DNA of 42,812 bases from Azolla caroliniana (GCA_043228905.1 JBHGNT010000269.1:1-42812); one strand, 5' to 3'; positions 24,843 to 37,259 are shown, counted from the first letter of the stretch. Numbers and translations are program-made. Notes: generated by a model not told the origin, from the sequence alone.

Positions 24843-26758
24843 TGGCAAAGAAAAGAAAAATAGAAGATGAGCGCCTCAAGGGTATACGACGAATTCGACC
24901 AGATGTTTAGTCGTCTCCCCAACACAGACCAAGTGATGCTTGAGGAGGACAAGACTTTGTACTTCTTAAAAGTTGTGGATATGAAGGATAGACGAGAATT
25001 GGGTCTGACTCTTCTTGAAGATGATGCCCAAGCAATCGGGCTTGTGGCAGACTGGATTGCGGTGAAACGAGCGTGCAACAGGCTCGACAAGCGTCGTCAG
25101 TGGGTTGATGACACCGACTTGGCAGGATCATCCGGGGAGAAAACAAGACAACCGAAAGTAGTTGAGCCGCCCAAACAAAGCAACCCGGAAGAAAAGAAGA
25201 TCGATGACGACATCATCAAAGAACTGGCGAAGAAGTTCGAGATGGTCACGATGTCGTTCCTTTCGGCGCCAGATCGTTGCGTGAGTCAGGTGGGAACCGC
25301 TGGGGTTTTGGACTAGGAGGAGGAAGAATTTGAGACGATTCTAGTTATGAATAGATTATAAGAAAGAGATAAAAGAACTTGTGAATCCCACAAGTATATA
25401 TAATTAGATTTATTAATATTTAGAATCCTAATAACAATTTAGCATAGATTGGAAGAGTAGATTATATAAAACTTCGTGAATCCCACGAGTATATTTTATT
25501 AATTGGTGTTTTAGGAAATATATCCAATTTCCCAAATTTTTCACACACCTTTTACATTGTGCTCCCCATCCTTATGTAGTGATGAGGGAGTCTTAGTAAT
25601 CCATGCTTTTTTTTTCTAACTATAGACTCCATGCTATAGATTATATGCTTTATCTAAAGTGATCATGCTTTTTCTAACTTGTGCGTTTTTTATCGACTAT
25701 AGCGTTCATGCACGCTAGATTTGCATGTGTAGCTTTTTCTTTTAGCATGCGTTTTTCTTTTAACTAAAGTTTATCCTACGTGAACTTACATTTTTTATGT
25801 GGGACATCTATTTTTTAACATGAATGAAATTCCAGTGTAATGGTAAGGTTTCACATTATTAACATGGAGGTGCAAGGTTTGAATCTTGCCCTATGCATAT
25901 TATATATATTTTAATATTTTCTACTATTTATTCATATTTATTAAATCGGTACTTTATAAGTTTTTCACGTAGTGTACGAAATACACTACGACAACGCTAG
26001 CCAACATGAATTGTCGGGGCCCCAAAGGAAAAGAACCCTTTAGATGCGTGTGGTGCGATAGCATGGACCACATGAGAAGGGATTGTGTGAGCCTTCGGGA
26101 CGCCATTCGACAAAATATCGTATAATGGATGGCAACATGATCTGCTCAAGTGAGACTAGAAGACCCCTACGGGTGAATTTCGGGAGAGGGGGAATGAAGA
26201 AAACCATGGAAGATGCCGAGGCCACTCATGTGGATGCGATGCACTATGCTGCATTGGTTGGAATAAGTGTCGGGAAAAACAAAACTGAAGTTGCTAGAGC
26301 GGGAGCGAAGTTTTGGTCTACCGTTCTCGAGTATGAGAACAAGGGAAAGGTAAGTTCGAACGAGGTCGAGCTTGCATACCGAAGTGTGCAAAGCATAACC
26401 GGATGGTCGGATCCTGTGGATGACAACACCATACTCGCGGAAGTGATGTGTGACAACCACAAGGTGTTCGTGGATGAAAAGAGAAAAAAAATGGAAGGGC
26501 AAGAAAACCCATTAAAAAGACATGAAACAAGGAGCGCGAAAAAGAAAGAAGATGCAGAAACGAGTCGAGCTTTACAAATGGAGGAAGGAGACTCGAGCCG
26601 AAAAGGGGAGTCGAGCAAACGAGTCGAAGAAACGGTACAACCCGTGAAGGTTGGTGTCAAAGACCCCACTTGGAAGACAAGAATTATGCCTACCTATAAG
26701 CTAAGGTCGGACATAGAGCAAACGACAAATTTGAAGAAGATTCTCGAGGAATGTGTTC
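24843..26758 (+). mobile_element. Ty3/Gypsy gag remnant interrupted by a solo LTR
   Basis: ORFs 24867-25316 and 26083-26802. The frame continues across the insert (KFEMVT|LANMN...FRCVWCDSMDH, zinc-knuckle-like) and ends YKLRSDIEQTTNLKKILEECV. Confidence 0.7.
25252..25993. mobile_element. Solo-LTR-like element (742 bp), same family as 9133-9877, with a tRNA-like cassette
   Basis: Termini TGTCGT...ACGACA. Flanks ACGA/ACGC. Shared blocks ggtgggaaccgc..ggttttggactaggaggagga, gctccc..atcctta and aatggtaaggttt...taacatggaggt.caag.tt..aatc.tgccctatgcat. Confidence 0.85.
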
Positions 26759-27758
26759 AAGAAGGTAACAAAACGATCAAGAAGACTAGTAAGTGGTCTT
26801 GATAGTGAGAATGAAGATAGTGATTTCAACTTGAATATGTTTCATGGTAATGTGGAAAATGGTAGTTTGGATGAATGCATTAGCATTGGAAAGGACTTTG
26901 TCCAACATGTTATTGATGCCTTAAACAATCGTTTCCCGGATGTTACATTTTTCAATGCTGTCAAGTTGTTTAATCCCATTGAGGAAAATGAAAGAGAGAA
27001 AAAGACAAAGGGATGGTTGCACAAACTTATTGGGAAGTTTAATATTGATAGGCAAATTGTTGAGATGAAAAGATGCTTTAATGAACGAGAAGATTTTGTT
27101 GGTATGCTTGTTAGAATTGCTAAAGGAAGAGGAATGCATTATGCATGGGATATTTGTTGCAAAGCACAATCTTGGTGGCAATTATTTCAAGGTATTATGC
27201 AATTGTGGCAACTATGTATGACTATTCCTATTAGTACAACAACATGTGAACGAGGTTTTTCACGTCAAAATATCATAAAAATGATATTAGAAACGGTTTA
27301 TCTTTGGAAACTTTAGATGCTTTGATGTTTATATCCTTGAATGCTCAAGATACATCAAACATTTGTTGGAGGGATATATTTAACCTTTGGTTTGAAGAAA
27401 AAGAGAGAAGGATAGTATCATTGAAGTAGACACATATTGCACAATGCTTAATATGAGGAGTCACGATATGATAAACATTTTTTGTGTTTTTTGCGCTTTA
27501 AGAAATATATGATGATTTAAGTATTCAATTTGTATGATTTCATTATCTTTGTGAGGTAGTTATGTTTATTTGTGTATCTTTGTATACTTTCTTTAGTAAT
27601 AAATTGTATAATAATGAAGCATCATATAGAGCTTTTCATTATTAAAACTTGTATGTCAAATGGCATGTTTGTTTTTGCACTCTCATGTCCTATGACATAC
27701 ATATTTAAAAAATGCCCGTCAAAAAACTTAAAGACTAACTTGTCAAATCCAGGCCTTG
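26759..27758 (+). mobile_element. 3' part of a hAT transposon (C-terminal dimerisation domain) with a probable right TIR
   Basis: IDALNNRFP...MTIPISTTTCERGFSRQNIIK then LDALMFISLN after a frameshift. End ...TCAAATCCAGGCCTTG resembles a CAGG-type hAT TIR. Confidence 0.8.
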
Positions 27759-30700
27759 GTTAGTATCTAGTAAAGAATAACATTGAGTAATTTGTTGCTC
27801 AACTAAATTGGAGAAGCGGGAAGAGTTGGCGCGCTCCAAAAAGGTATCTTCTACTATAAAAGGACTCACTCCACCTTCAAAGTCCTTGCTCCTTTGCGAT
27901 GGAGTTTCCTTCTGCTCCAAGGATTTGTTTTCATCGCCATCTCGTTGCACGCCAAACTGTTGACATTGATGGTCACGCTTCTCCTTTTATTGACCTCGCC
28001 TCCTGCTGGTTGTGGTGTTGATGACAGCATTGTTGCTCCATGTTCTACTACTGATCACGAGGTTGTTGATGGCCATGTTGATGTTGGTGGCAATGCCGAT
28101 GGTGACCGAGCTAATGGTCGTTTTGGTCATGGCCGAGCTTTTGGTGGTGGTGATAGTCATGGCTGAGCTGATGGTGATGGTGGTCGAGTTACTAATCATG
28201 TAGATGATCGAGAGGATGTTGATAGTGTGGAGGGTCATTCTGATTTTGTGGAGAATGATCATGCTGAATTTGTGGAGGATGATCATGTTGATCATGTCAA
28301 GGATGTTCGTCTTCATGCGGCTTCATCATAAATGTTGATGCGGGAATGAATTTGACTTCTTTATTTTGTCGACTTTCTAGAGTTTTCATTCGCCATCGAC
28401 TTTCACTTATGTTAGCTACTCTTTCTAAATCCTTCACTAAAATCTCTTGATAATTTTCGCGATTTTGATGAGATTTCCACAACCAATCTTTCTTTTCCTT
28501 ATCTATTGTCTGCGTCTCGTGTGTGTCTTCACAGTGATCGGAATCCTTGTTTGTAAGGGTAGGTCGGAATGTTGTATAGGTAATGAGTTACTCCTACATC
28601 CTCATCTTCTGCTAGAACTTCAGCATGTTTGCGATGTTGGAACTACTTCGAAACACTCCTTGTGATCGGACCACCATAATTTTCTATTTTGGAAACATTT
28701 GGAGTAATTAGATCATTAATGTTTAAATTTTGCTTAAAGTCGTGTACCTCATGTTGTGTTTGTTGCTCAAGTACATTAATTTCATCAAATATGACTAATC
28801 GGCTAAACAAAAACTTGTGTGTATGTAGATCAAATAATTTGTATGCTTTAACTCTAGAAGATTCACCATATCCATCAAAAATACATTTTCTAGTATGAGG
28901 ATCTAATTTCTTCCTTTTCTCTATAGGTACATGACTGTAGTGATTGAACACTCGTAGATGACTAAGGTTAGGTTTATGCTTAAACCAAAGTGAATATGGT
29001 GTTTCCAGACCGAGTATCTTATGTGGTGATCGGTTTTGCAGGTAACATGCAATGACAACAGCTTCTTACCAAAATTGAAGAGGCATTCCAGCAACTTGAA
29101 TCATACTTCAACATACATCTAGGAGGGTTCAATTGTTGCGCCCAACTATACCATTCTGTTGTGGGTTGTATGGTACAGCATGCTCATGCCTTATTCCATT
29201 TTCTTCACAAAACCTCGTCCATTCAAGAGATTGCATCAGTCCACATAGGTCTGAATGAATTAGTTGTAGTGGTCATTCCATCCTTTTCTGTTTGCCTTTT
29301 GGAAACTTCTGTCGACATTGCTTGTCGTAGATGCATCCCTCGCATATTGATATATATCTAAATTACTTCATTGGAATTCCTTCGAATAATTTATGAACTT
29401 GACCAATCTTCATCGCCTTCGGGTTGAGATGCCCGAGTCGATGATGCCAAATCATTGTAGGATCAATGTGTGCAGCGCCTGACGCAAAGAGGGCTTGTAT
29501 AGGACTTTTGTCCATCATTTGTAAAGGGTAGAGTCTTCCAGATTCGGGGCAAGTCACTCTTAACATCTCGCTAGTAGGTAATTCATGAGAAATATGCAAA
29601 ATTATTATTGAATTGTATATGTACTTGTTCCATTTTTTATTGCTTCACTTATGGATATTAAGTTTCTCATTACACCTGGAACATAATAAACATTTGGGAT
29701 GCTCACCATCTTTGATTTGTTTAGAGACAAGTGTACTTCCCCTTTGCCAATGACGACTTTTGTGCCATGGTCGCCGAATGTAACTTGGAGTGCTTGTAGA
29801 AGGGGGCAATAGTTATGTAGAAGATTTTTGTTATTTGTCAAGTGATGCGTCGCCCAAGTGTCGAAGAACCAAAGGTTGCCATTGCCTATCTTTTGATTCA
29901 CTTGACCTTCATTTGCATCACTTGTAAAAGCTTGAATAAAATTATTTTCTTCATCTTCTTCACAATAGCTCAGATTATCATTTTGTAATGATGCACTATG
30001 TATTTGAGGATAAGACTTCTTCCCTTTCCTTTTCAGATCAAATTGCTTCTTTCTACAATCCTTTTCAAATTACAATACCTACATGTTATCACGGATCATA
30101 AACTCAAGAGACAAGCAAGAAGATAACCAAATGGACAAGAAAGAAGATAGTATTAAAGGAAAGACTCCATAACTGGTGTTGTTCACCTTAAATTCCTTCA
30201 AGGTGAACTCCTCTATTTATACTACATGGCATGCATACTTGTTGCACGCATGTGAATCTACAATAGAGCATGTAGGTATGCATGCATGTGCCAAGTGTAA
30301 ATACTACAAGGGAGCAACTATGCACATGATGCTAGCAAAATAATGACCATTTACATACATAACTAGTACTAGATATCTTGGTTAACTCATAATACTAGAT
30401 TATAACATGGTCGTGTCAAGAGTTCGAATCTTGACATTATCCCCCCTCTTACGCCGCCTTCCCAAATCGGCCGTTGGTTTGTGGGGATATCGGTGATGAA
30501 AATCTTGGACGACCTCTGGGGCATTTTGTAAATTTGCCGATGGTTCCCATGTGGCCTCAAACATGGGGTAACCCCACCATAGGACGAGGTATTGCAAGTG
30601 TCGACGGTGCCAACGCGAGTCAAGGATTTGGTCGACCTCGTATTCCTCCCCTATCGTCAATTGCACAGGTGGTGGTGGTGGGGCTTGACGTCCTGGGAGT

Positions 30701-32205
30701 TGTGAAGCATAATGGGGTTCGAGGAGGGAGACATGAAAAACATCGTGAATCCGGAAGTGGGATGGAAGGGCGAGCCGGAAGGCGACGGGATTGATGCACT
30801 CGATGATACGGAATGGTCCCAACTTCTTGTAATCAAGTTTCGCACATGGACGAGTAGTAGAGATGTGTCGACGTAACAACCAGACCATGTCTCCAACGAC
30901 AAAGTGTGGAGTGGAAGATCGATGGCGATCAGTTATGGAGTCTTTCCTTTAATACTATCTTCTTTCTTGTCCATTTGGTTATCTTCTTGCTTGTCTCTTG
31001 AGTTTATGATCCGTGACAGTTTGTTCACCTTGAATTCCTTCAAGGTGAACTCCTCTATTTATACTACATGGCATGCATACTTGTTGCACGCATGTGAATC
31101 TACAATAGAGCATGTAGGTATGCATGCATGTGCCAAGTGTAAATACTACAAGGGAGCAACTATGCACATGATGCTAGCAAAATAATGACCATTTATATAC
31201 ATAACTAGTACTAGATATCTTGGTTAACTCATAATACTAGATTATAACATGGTCGTGTCAAGAGTTCGAATCTTGACACATGTGATTGTAGATATCGTCA
31301 AGCCTCCCATTCCACTTTATTTGTTCTTTTGTTGAAACTTCTAGTTGTTTGAAAACCGTTGGAATTTCTGCTTCGCAAAGTTGCCTCAATTATTTCTCCT
31401 TGAGGCTGCCATGGCCATGTGGCTAGCTCGTGTTGTGAACTTGTTCTTTTCCTTTGTAGTTCATCCTACTTTAACTTTGCTACTAAATTTTGTAAATTTA
31501 AATTTTTGTCTTCACTGTGAATACTTATAAAGGTCATCCATGATTTTGGTAGCGCTTCCATTAAAATTTCACATTTGGACATTTCATCGATATTATTACC
31601 TGAAGAGATGGCTATGTCTAATTGCTTTTGCCACTTCATTATAAATGTGTCAATTTGTTCGCCTTCTTTCATCTGTAAATTCATTAATGCTTTGAATGAA
31701 AAAAAAAAAAGTTGTCACGTCAGATGGTTGATGAATCTTTCACAAATACTCCCACATTTCATTTGTTGTGTAAGTTTCGAACATAATCAACTTGCTCATC
31801 ACTCAAGTGCATTATTATCTCCATTCTAACATTGAGGTCTTTGCTTTTCCACATGCTCTTCCTAGGTTCTTGTTCAAGCATTTTCATGGGACCATCTATT
31901 ATATCTTTTAGATTATTACGCTCCATTATCAACTTCATCCGTGTCTTCCACATCCTGTAATTGTGAGTAGTTCGTTTCTCAACTACATATTTTCTTACCA
32001 TACTTGATATATTTGCAGGATGGTGATTGTTTGATGTAGATGTGGATAGGTTTTCTAATTCTTCTTCGAACTCCATCTTGCTTAGATTGTTTGGATCAAT
32101 CCAAGAACAAAATCTTTTGTGTTTTGATTGATGTCTCTAATTTAGTTTTGATACCATGTAAGAAATCAAGCAATTACACAAGAGATAGGAAGAAGATAAC
32201 AGGGG

Positions 32206-32241
<36 letters not shown>

Positions 32242-32428
32242 AAAAACTAATAGTTGTATTTCTCACACCACATGAATAATGGTTACAATGTGTATATAAG
32301 AGAGAGAAGATAGTTACAAAACGTTTTTATAAAAGAGGGGTATTTTAAGAATTATTATTTATTACTTTATTTATCATAATATGTTTTATTTTTACTCCTA
32401 ATATTATACTTTATTTTATATTCTAACA
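27759..32428 (-). mobile_element. Ty1/Copia 5' portion: 5' LTR (32157-32428), PBS, gag, protease and integrase; RT/RNase H missing
   Basis: LTR TGTTAG...TTACA, then PBS TGGTATCA. gag NYRMWKTRMK and LMEALPKSW. Protease WFFDTWATHHLT. WHHRLGHLN, LIHSDLCG, PYNPQQNG and RKKLDPHTRKCIFDGYG. Deletion within the integrase core near 29220. Confidence 0.9.
30087..31278 (-). mobile_element. Chromovirus (Tcn1-like Gypsy) internal-deletion derivative nested in Copia gag
   Basis: 5-bp TSD CATGT (30082-30086 / 31279-31283). 350-bp LTR at 30087-30436 and a second LTR at 30931-31278. PPT AAGAGGGGGGATAA. ORF 30400-30888: KLDYKKLGPF...HDVFHVSLLEP...YEVDQILDSR...YLVLWWGY...ATWEP (integrase C-terminus plus chromodomain). 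Confidence 0.93.
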
Positions 32429-32689
32429 TATGAAATAATCAAATGAATAGATTAGAAACAGAGATTAACAAGGTAACTTCACAAAGATCAAGATCAAGAC
32501 AAAATTTGAGAAAGAAAGAGATAGAGAGGCACACAATATGTAACTATATTATTCAAACTCAAAGTTACAATGGAGGCAACAATAACAATGAGCTCGGTTA
32601 CAAAGTTCAGTTTAAATCCAAACTCAACTAGGGCAACTACCCTTCCCAATATTTACAAATATGGCCTCGAACTAGTCTATCCAATGGGA

Positions 32690-33350
32690 GAGTGTGAATA
32701 CGTTCATTATGAAGTTGTATTCGACACTCCCCCGTAATGGGTGTATAGAACAAAAATTTGTAAAAGGAATGAACAAAAATACACATTTATACAAGGTTGG
32801 ACAATTCGGCTTTTGTCCGGATTCGGGAATGTCCAAAAAACAAGAAGTCAAATCGACTGAAGCTGAGAGGGCTCAGGTTGAATCAGCTAGTCCGAAAGTG
32901 AGTCCTAGCCGGAGAGTCTAAAGTTGAGTCAGATATGCTGATAGCTGAGTCTCGAAATGTCGATGTCGAATGTCCGAAACCATCCTGAATGTCCAACTCA
33001 ATCAGACCAATTTCTCAGAACGTCCATCTAGTGCCGAAGAGACCGACAATAGTCTATCGGAAGACACTTGGTCATGCCATCTACGTCATTATCGGCGGTA
33101 GATATCTTCTTGAGGTTGATTTTCCTTGAAATGACGTAGTCCTAAATGAACTGATATCACACATATATATGCTTTGAGGCATTGTGTTGGACCGGATTTC
33201 TTGACAAGACGACAAGGTCTTGATTGTCGTTGTAGACAACTGGAGCCGAATCGGAGTCAGCTTGTTGAAACATGCGCGCCAAATGACCGAGCCATAAGGC
33301 CTCTTTCGTCGTGTCGGACACGGTCACATATTCGTGTCGAATACGAGTGT
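32690..33350. mobile_element. Probable LTR-like non-coding remnant
   Basis: CpG-rich block bounded by inverted GTATTCGACAC / GTGTCGAATAC motifs and abutting a Copia RT fragment. No clear TSD. Confidence 0.3.
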
Positions 33351-33351
33351 A

Positions 33352-33722
33352 TAATGGTCGGGCCGTGTAGTGACCATCGCGTACATAAGGGAGCCGACTG
33401 CCGGTGCATACGGTACCGACTTCATATCTTCCCCCTCCGGACCGGATGTCGGGCAGTCTCGTTGAGACAACCGAAGGTTAATGGGGAGCGGGGTCGAAGC
33501 AGACTTGGTCGAGTGCATGTTGAAGCGTTCCAAGACACGTCTGATGTAGTCGGTTTGAGACAAGAAAAGTTGTCATTATCGCGATGCTGACTAATCTTCA
33601 TACCAAGTATGTGTCTTGCCGAACCAAGGTCCTTCATGGCAAACTTCAACCGCAGTTTCCGAACGAGTTCGGTGAGCTCTCCGGCATGCCAACCGGAGAG
33701 TAGCATGTCGTCCACGTTAATG
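33352..33722 (-). mobile_element. Ty1/Copia reverse-transcriptase fragment
   Basis: VDDMLL...FAMKDLGSARHILGMKI and SQTDYIRRVLERFNM...VPYAPAVGSLMYAMVTTRPD. Confidence 0.9.
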
Positions 33723-36700
33723 TTGGTCAATGTTATGGTAATCCAAGTGTTGTTTTACAGAGTGAAAATGTGGGGTGGTATCATCTCACTTATTGCATAG
33801 AATGAAATGAAGAAATTTCAAAACTTGTTAGGAGTTAAAATCCTCAACAATATTCTACCTTGCCATGCTATCAGAAACAGGTGCTTACCTAAAGAGTATA
33901 CCAAAATGTCACAAAAGTGCCCAGTCACAAAATGTCAAAACATGTTTGGAATGTATGAGTCAAGGTACAAAAAACTAATATGAGTAAATTCCTCTCATTT
34001 GGAAAGGTGCTTAACATTATGAAATAATTAAAAGGAGGGGGAGCATCATATATACATGTATATTGTTAAATGTCAACATTAAAAAATACGTTGCAAATGT
34101 TAAGCCTTATTGTTTGCCCCTTATGCAATATATAAATGCCAAAATGTATCCAACCCCATCTTACTACCTCCATGAGCATGGGCTCTCAAAAACGCAAAGG
34201 TTCTTTGGTTAGAGTTGCAAAGTCACACGAGTGGAGAAAGCTTGTGCCTCTTTCCTTTCCCACCTCTTCGAAAGCATTCACACAAGAGAGGTGTTGACGT
34301 AGCATCATGGTATCATGACCCAAGTATGAATATATGCAAGGTATATAATGAAAACCTAGTGGAGGATGATCAAAACTTACTTCTCATCACATTATATAAT
34401 TTCCGAGAAGTATGACTTGTTAAACATGAATGATAATTTGGTGTCATACTCAAATCTCCACCAAAAAGGGATAACACTTATGTGCATGCGTTATATTTCA
34501 CACGAAGAGTTTTTAATGCAAATTGGTAACCCCCCTTCATACGAAGGAGTCACGTATACAAGTTGATATGTTTCATCAAACCCATAGGTCAAATTTGACC
34601 TTCTCATGGAAGGTAAAAAAAAACTATTCTATTTTCTTTCTATTCAACCCCATTCTATATAGGTGCAATGTTTCCTTCACCTATCTTAAACAGCTGAAAC
34701 TCTTCTTGCAATATGTTGATGTCCTAGGAAACCTCAAAAAACATATTTAATCTTCTCATAGGTAGTCGTGGTTCAATATGTTCATGTGCCCCTATTATTA
34801 CTGTATAATAGCAAAATGTTCTCTCATTTTCTTTCATGTTTATGATGTAGCATTGCGTATGCACCTTGTATATTACAAAATAATAATGTAAGAGAGGGAA
34901 TAGAAGACATAATATTAAGAGCGTGTCACATACAACATAAGTGACTTGCTCTATTTTGGATATTATAATATTATACCAAGGATGAATGACCATGGAGTGA
35001 AAAATAAAGCCATTGAATATATTATAGTTTATTGTTAGTCAACACCCTAATGGACGACGACGATTGATAGTAGTGGATTTGATTTTGGGCTCATTTATCT
35101 TTGGCACTAAATACCTAACTAGTCTACTTAACGTAACGAAAATAAAGAACTCCGTATTTAAGCTTGATCTCAAGCATTTCCCTTAATATGTAAGGTTGGT
35201 CTATACACCAATCTCCTAAACCAACAAAATATTGTTTTTTGCTCAAGTGGACCAGCACAACTCTTACCTAGGATTATTGTTTCAACTTTTGCATTTCCAA
35301 GGGTCAATACCAAGACTTGAGGTTTGCCTTCTTCACATAGGCTATTTGTGGGTTTGGGGGCATCTCCCTAGAGCCCAAGAAAAACAACACTCGTCAAATT
35401 TAAATAATTTATCTCTCAACTACATACCACCATGGAAGACAAGAAAACTTCTTAAGGTTAACGCTAGAATGAACAAATGCTTAATCACTACATTTTAAGA
35501 AATATCGAGTCTCCATTGAACAAATCACTATCTCCATTGCTCCTGGTTTTAGGTGTTTCCCAACCGTAACAAGTTTTTGTGTTTGTTGCAATCAATTAAT
35601 TGGAAGAAAGTGGTTCGTAGTAGAAAGCAAGGGAGAGAATAAGGGCCATGAGGTGGATCTACTGTATGGCCACTAAAGGCCCCTTTATAATGAGAGCTCT
35701 TTCTTTTTTGTAAACTCTATGGGGGTCCCTTTCACATTACAAACCTATTGGCCATCGGGCCATTGCCATGTAATAGAGGTTCCCCTCGCAACCTACAATA
35801 TAGGTATGCTTATTGCATGCAAGAGGTAGTTCCTACACTAAAGGAATGTTTCTAGTATATACATATAAGATTATGTTCAATGTCCTAAATTGAAAATCTT
35901 ACGACATTATTTTCGTAAACATTGGATTGGTTTGTAGAACAACTTAGTGGTTCGCATAACATAATCTCAATGTAGTAAAGTAACAACTAAGATGCAACTT
36001 GTTTGGGTTATTTAGGATTTGATAAATTGTGTGCTCACATAGAAATAGTATAAGCTTGAAAGCTATCGATATTGGACTGCATTTTAACGTTTTAACAATC
36101 AATACAATATTAACATTTTGAGAACATGACAAAATGTGATGAACTAGTATGTTTCTATCTAACAATGCAAGCTACAAACATACATGCAATTTTAAGTTGC
36201 ACCATTACTCTTGGGCAAGAGATGCAAAACATAGTGAATCTATGATAATAACTATTGATTCAATCAATTCGCACAAAACACATCAAGATTTAACCTCAAT
36301 TACATCTACCACTTAACTAAGATGATCATTTTGTTTTTGAATACTTATAGCGATAGGGTGTGATTCAAGAGAAGGTTTCCTACTATTTATCCAACCCCAC
36401 AAATAGATTGTCTAGACTACATATAGTCATCGCCATCGGTATATCTCTATTGTGTTAATGGGTTGTACATTGTAATTACACAAAGTCATTAATAGACAAG
36501 GTCCTTAGAAGAAGAAAAGATAAAGTCTAAATGCTGAAAAGTTGGTAAAGCATCAAATGTTTGACAATGTGCAACGATACCAATCAATGTTTTATTTGTA
36601 ACCAATGGTGTAGGATGCACTCGGCTCAATTTTTAAGAAACTAGTAAATCACCAAACACTGGACAATTGTTTGGGGCATGATAAAGACCCATGCATCCAT

Positions 36701-36869
36701 GAGCTCAACCATCACAGGGACAAAAGAGAGTTAGACAACCCTAAATTGTAAGAAAAAATTGAAAAGCACCGAAGGTCCAACAATGCTTTTTTCGGGATGA
36801 TCTCGAGATAAGATAGAAAGAAAGAAAGATATATTAACGTCTTCTAAAGTCAAAACTGGCCCATGAGAT

Positions 36870-37210
36870 ATTCACAGGCTCGCCCAAATAACAGGCACAA
36901 GATCTAACAAGAAAAAAGAGCATGGAACCTCAGGAACTGTCTCAGATGCGCACGAGGACTTAGGAGCATGAGATGCATTCATTTGGCTGGCAGCCACGGA
37001 CCTCAGGAACTATCTTGAATGCCTACAAGGAGCTCAAGAAGGTAGGCAGGCAAGTAGCCATAGGTAGATCTTGTCCAAGGGGGAAAAAAAGCACCAAGAG
37101 TGTCGTGGCGGGGTGTGTTTGGATGTGCTTCGAGGCACAAAGTGGTTGGGGGTTCGAGCACCGAAAGAAGAAAGGCCCCGGACATAAAATAAGCAATGAT
37201 GGGCATAAAT
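36870..37210 (-). mobile_element. Possible degenerate LINE zf-RVT fragment
   Basis: - strand traces KIYLWLL, ETVP and IWAS; heavily frameshifted. Confidence 0.3.
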
Positions 37211-37259
37211 GAGTGAGTGAGTGGAATCAGTCTGTGTATGTCATCTTAGATGGCCAATT

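Noticed and set aside
26753-27316. Gag-transposase fusion or domesticated ZNF862-like gene
   Set aside because: Different reading frames, a frameshifted C-terminus and no catalytic N-terminal part. It is a truncation junction.
27987-28316. Thr/Ile- or His/Gln-rich ORFs
   Set aside because: Low-complexity repeats in the Copia post-integrase linker.
30400-30888. Host chromodomain (HP1/LHP1-like) gene
   Set aside because: Fused to an integrase GPF/HxVFHVSLL motif and enclosed by LTRs, a PPT and a TSD.
33352-33722. Continuation of the Copia interrupted at 21311
   Set aside because: It covers the same RT segment (LERFNM...LMYAM) with a different sequence, so it is a separate element.
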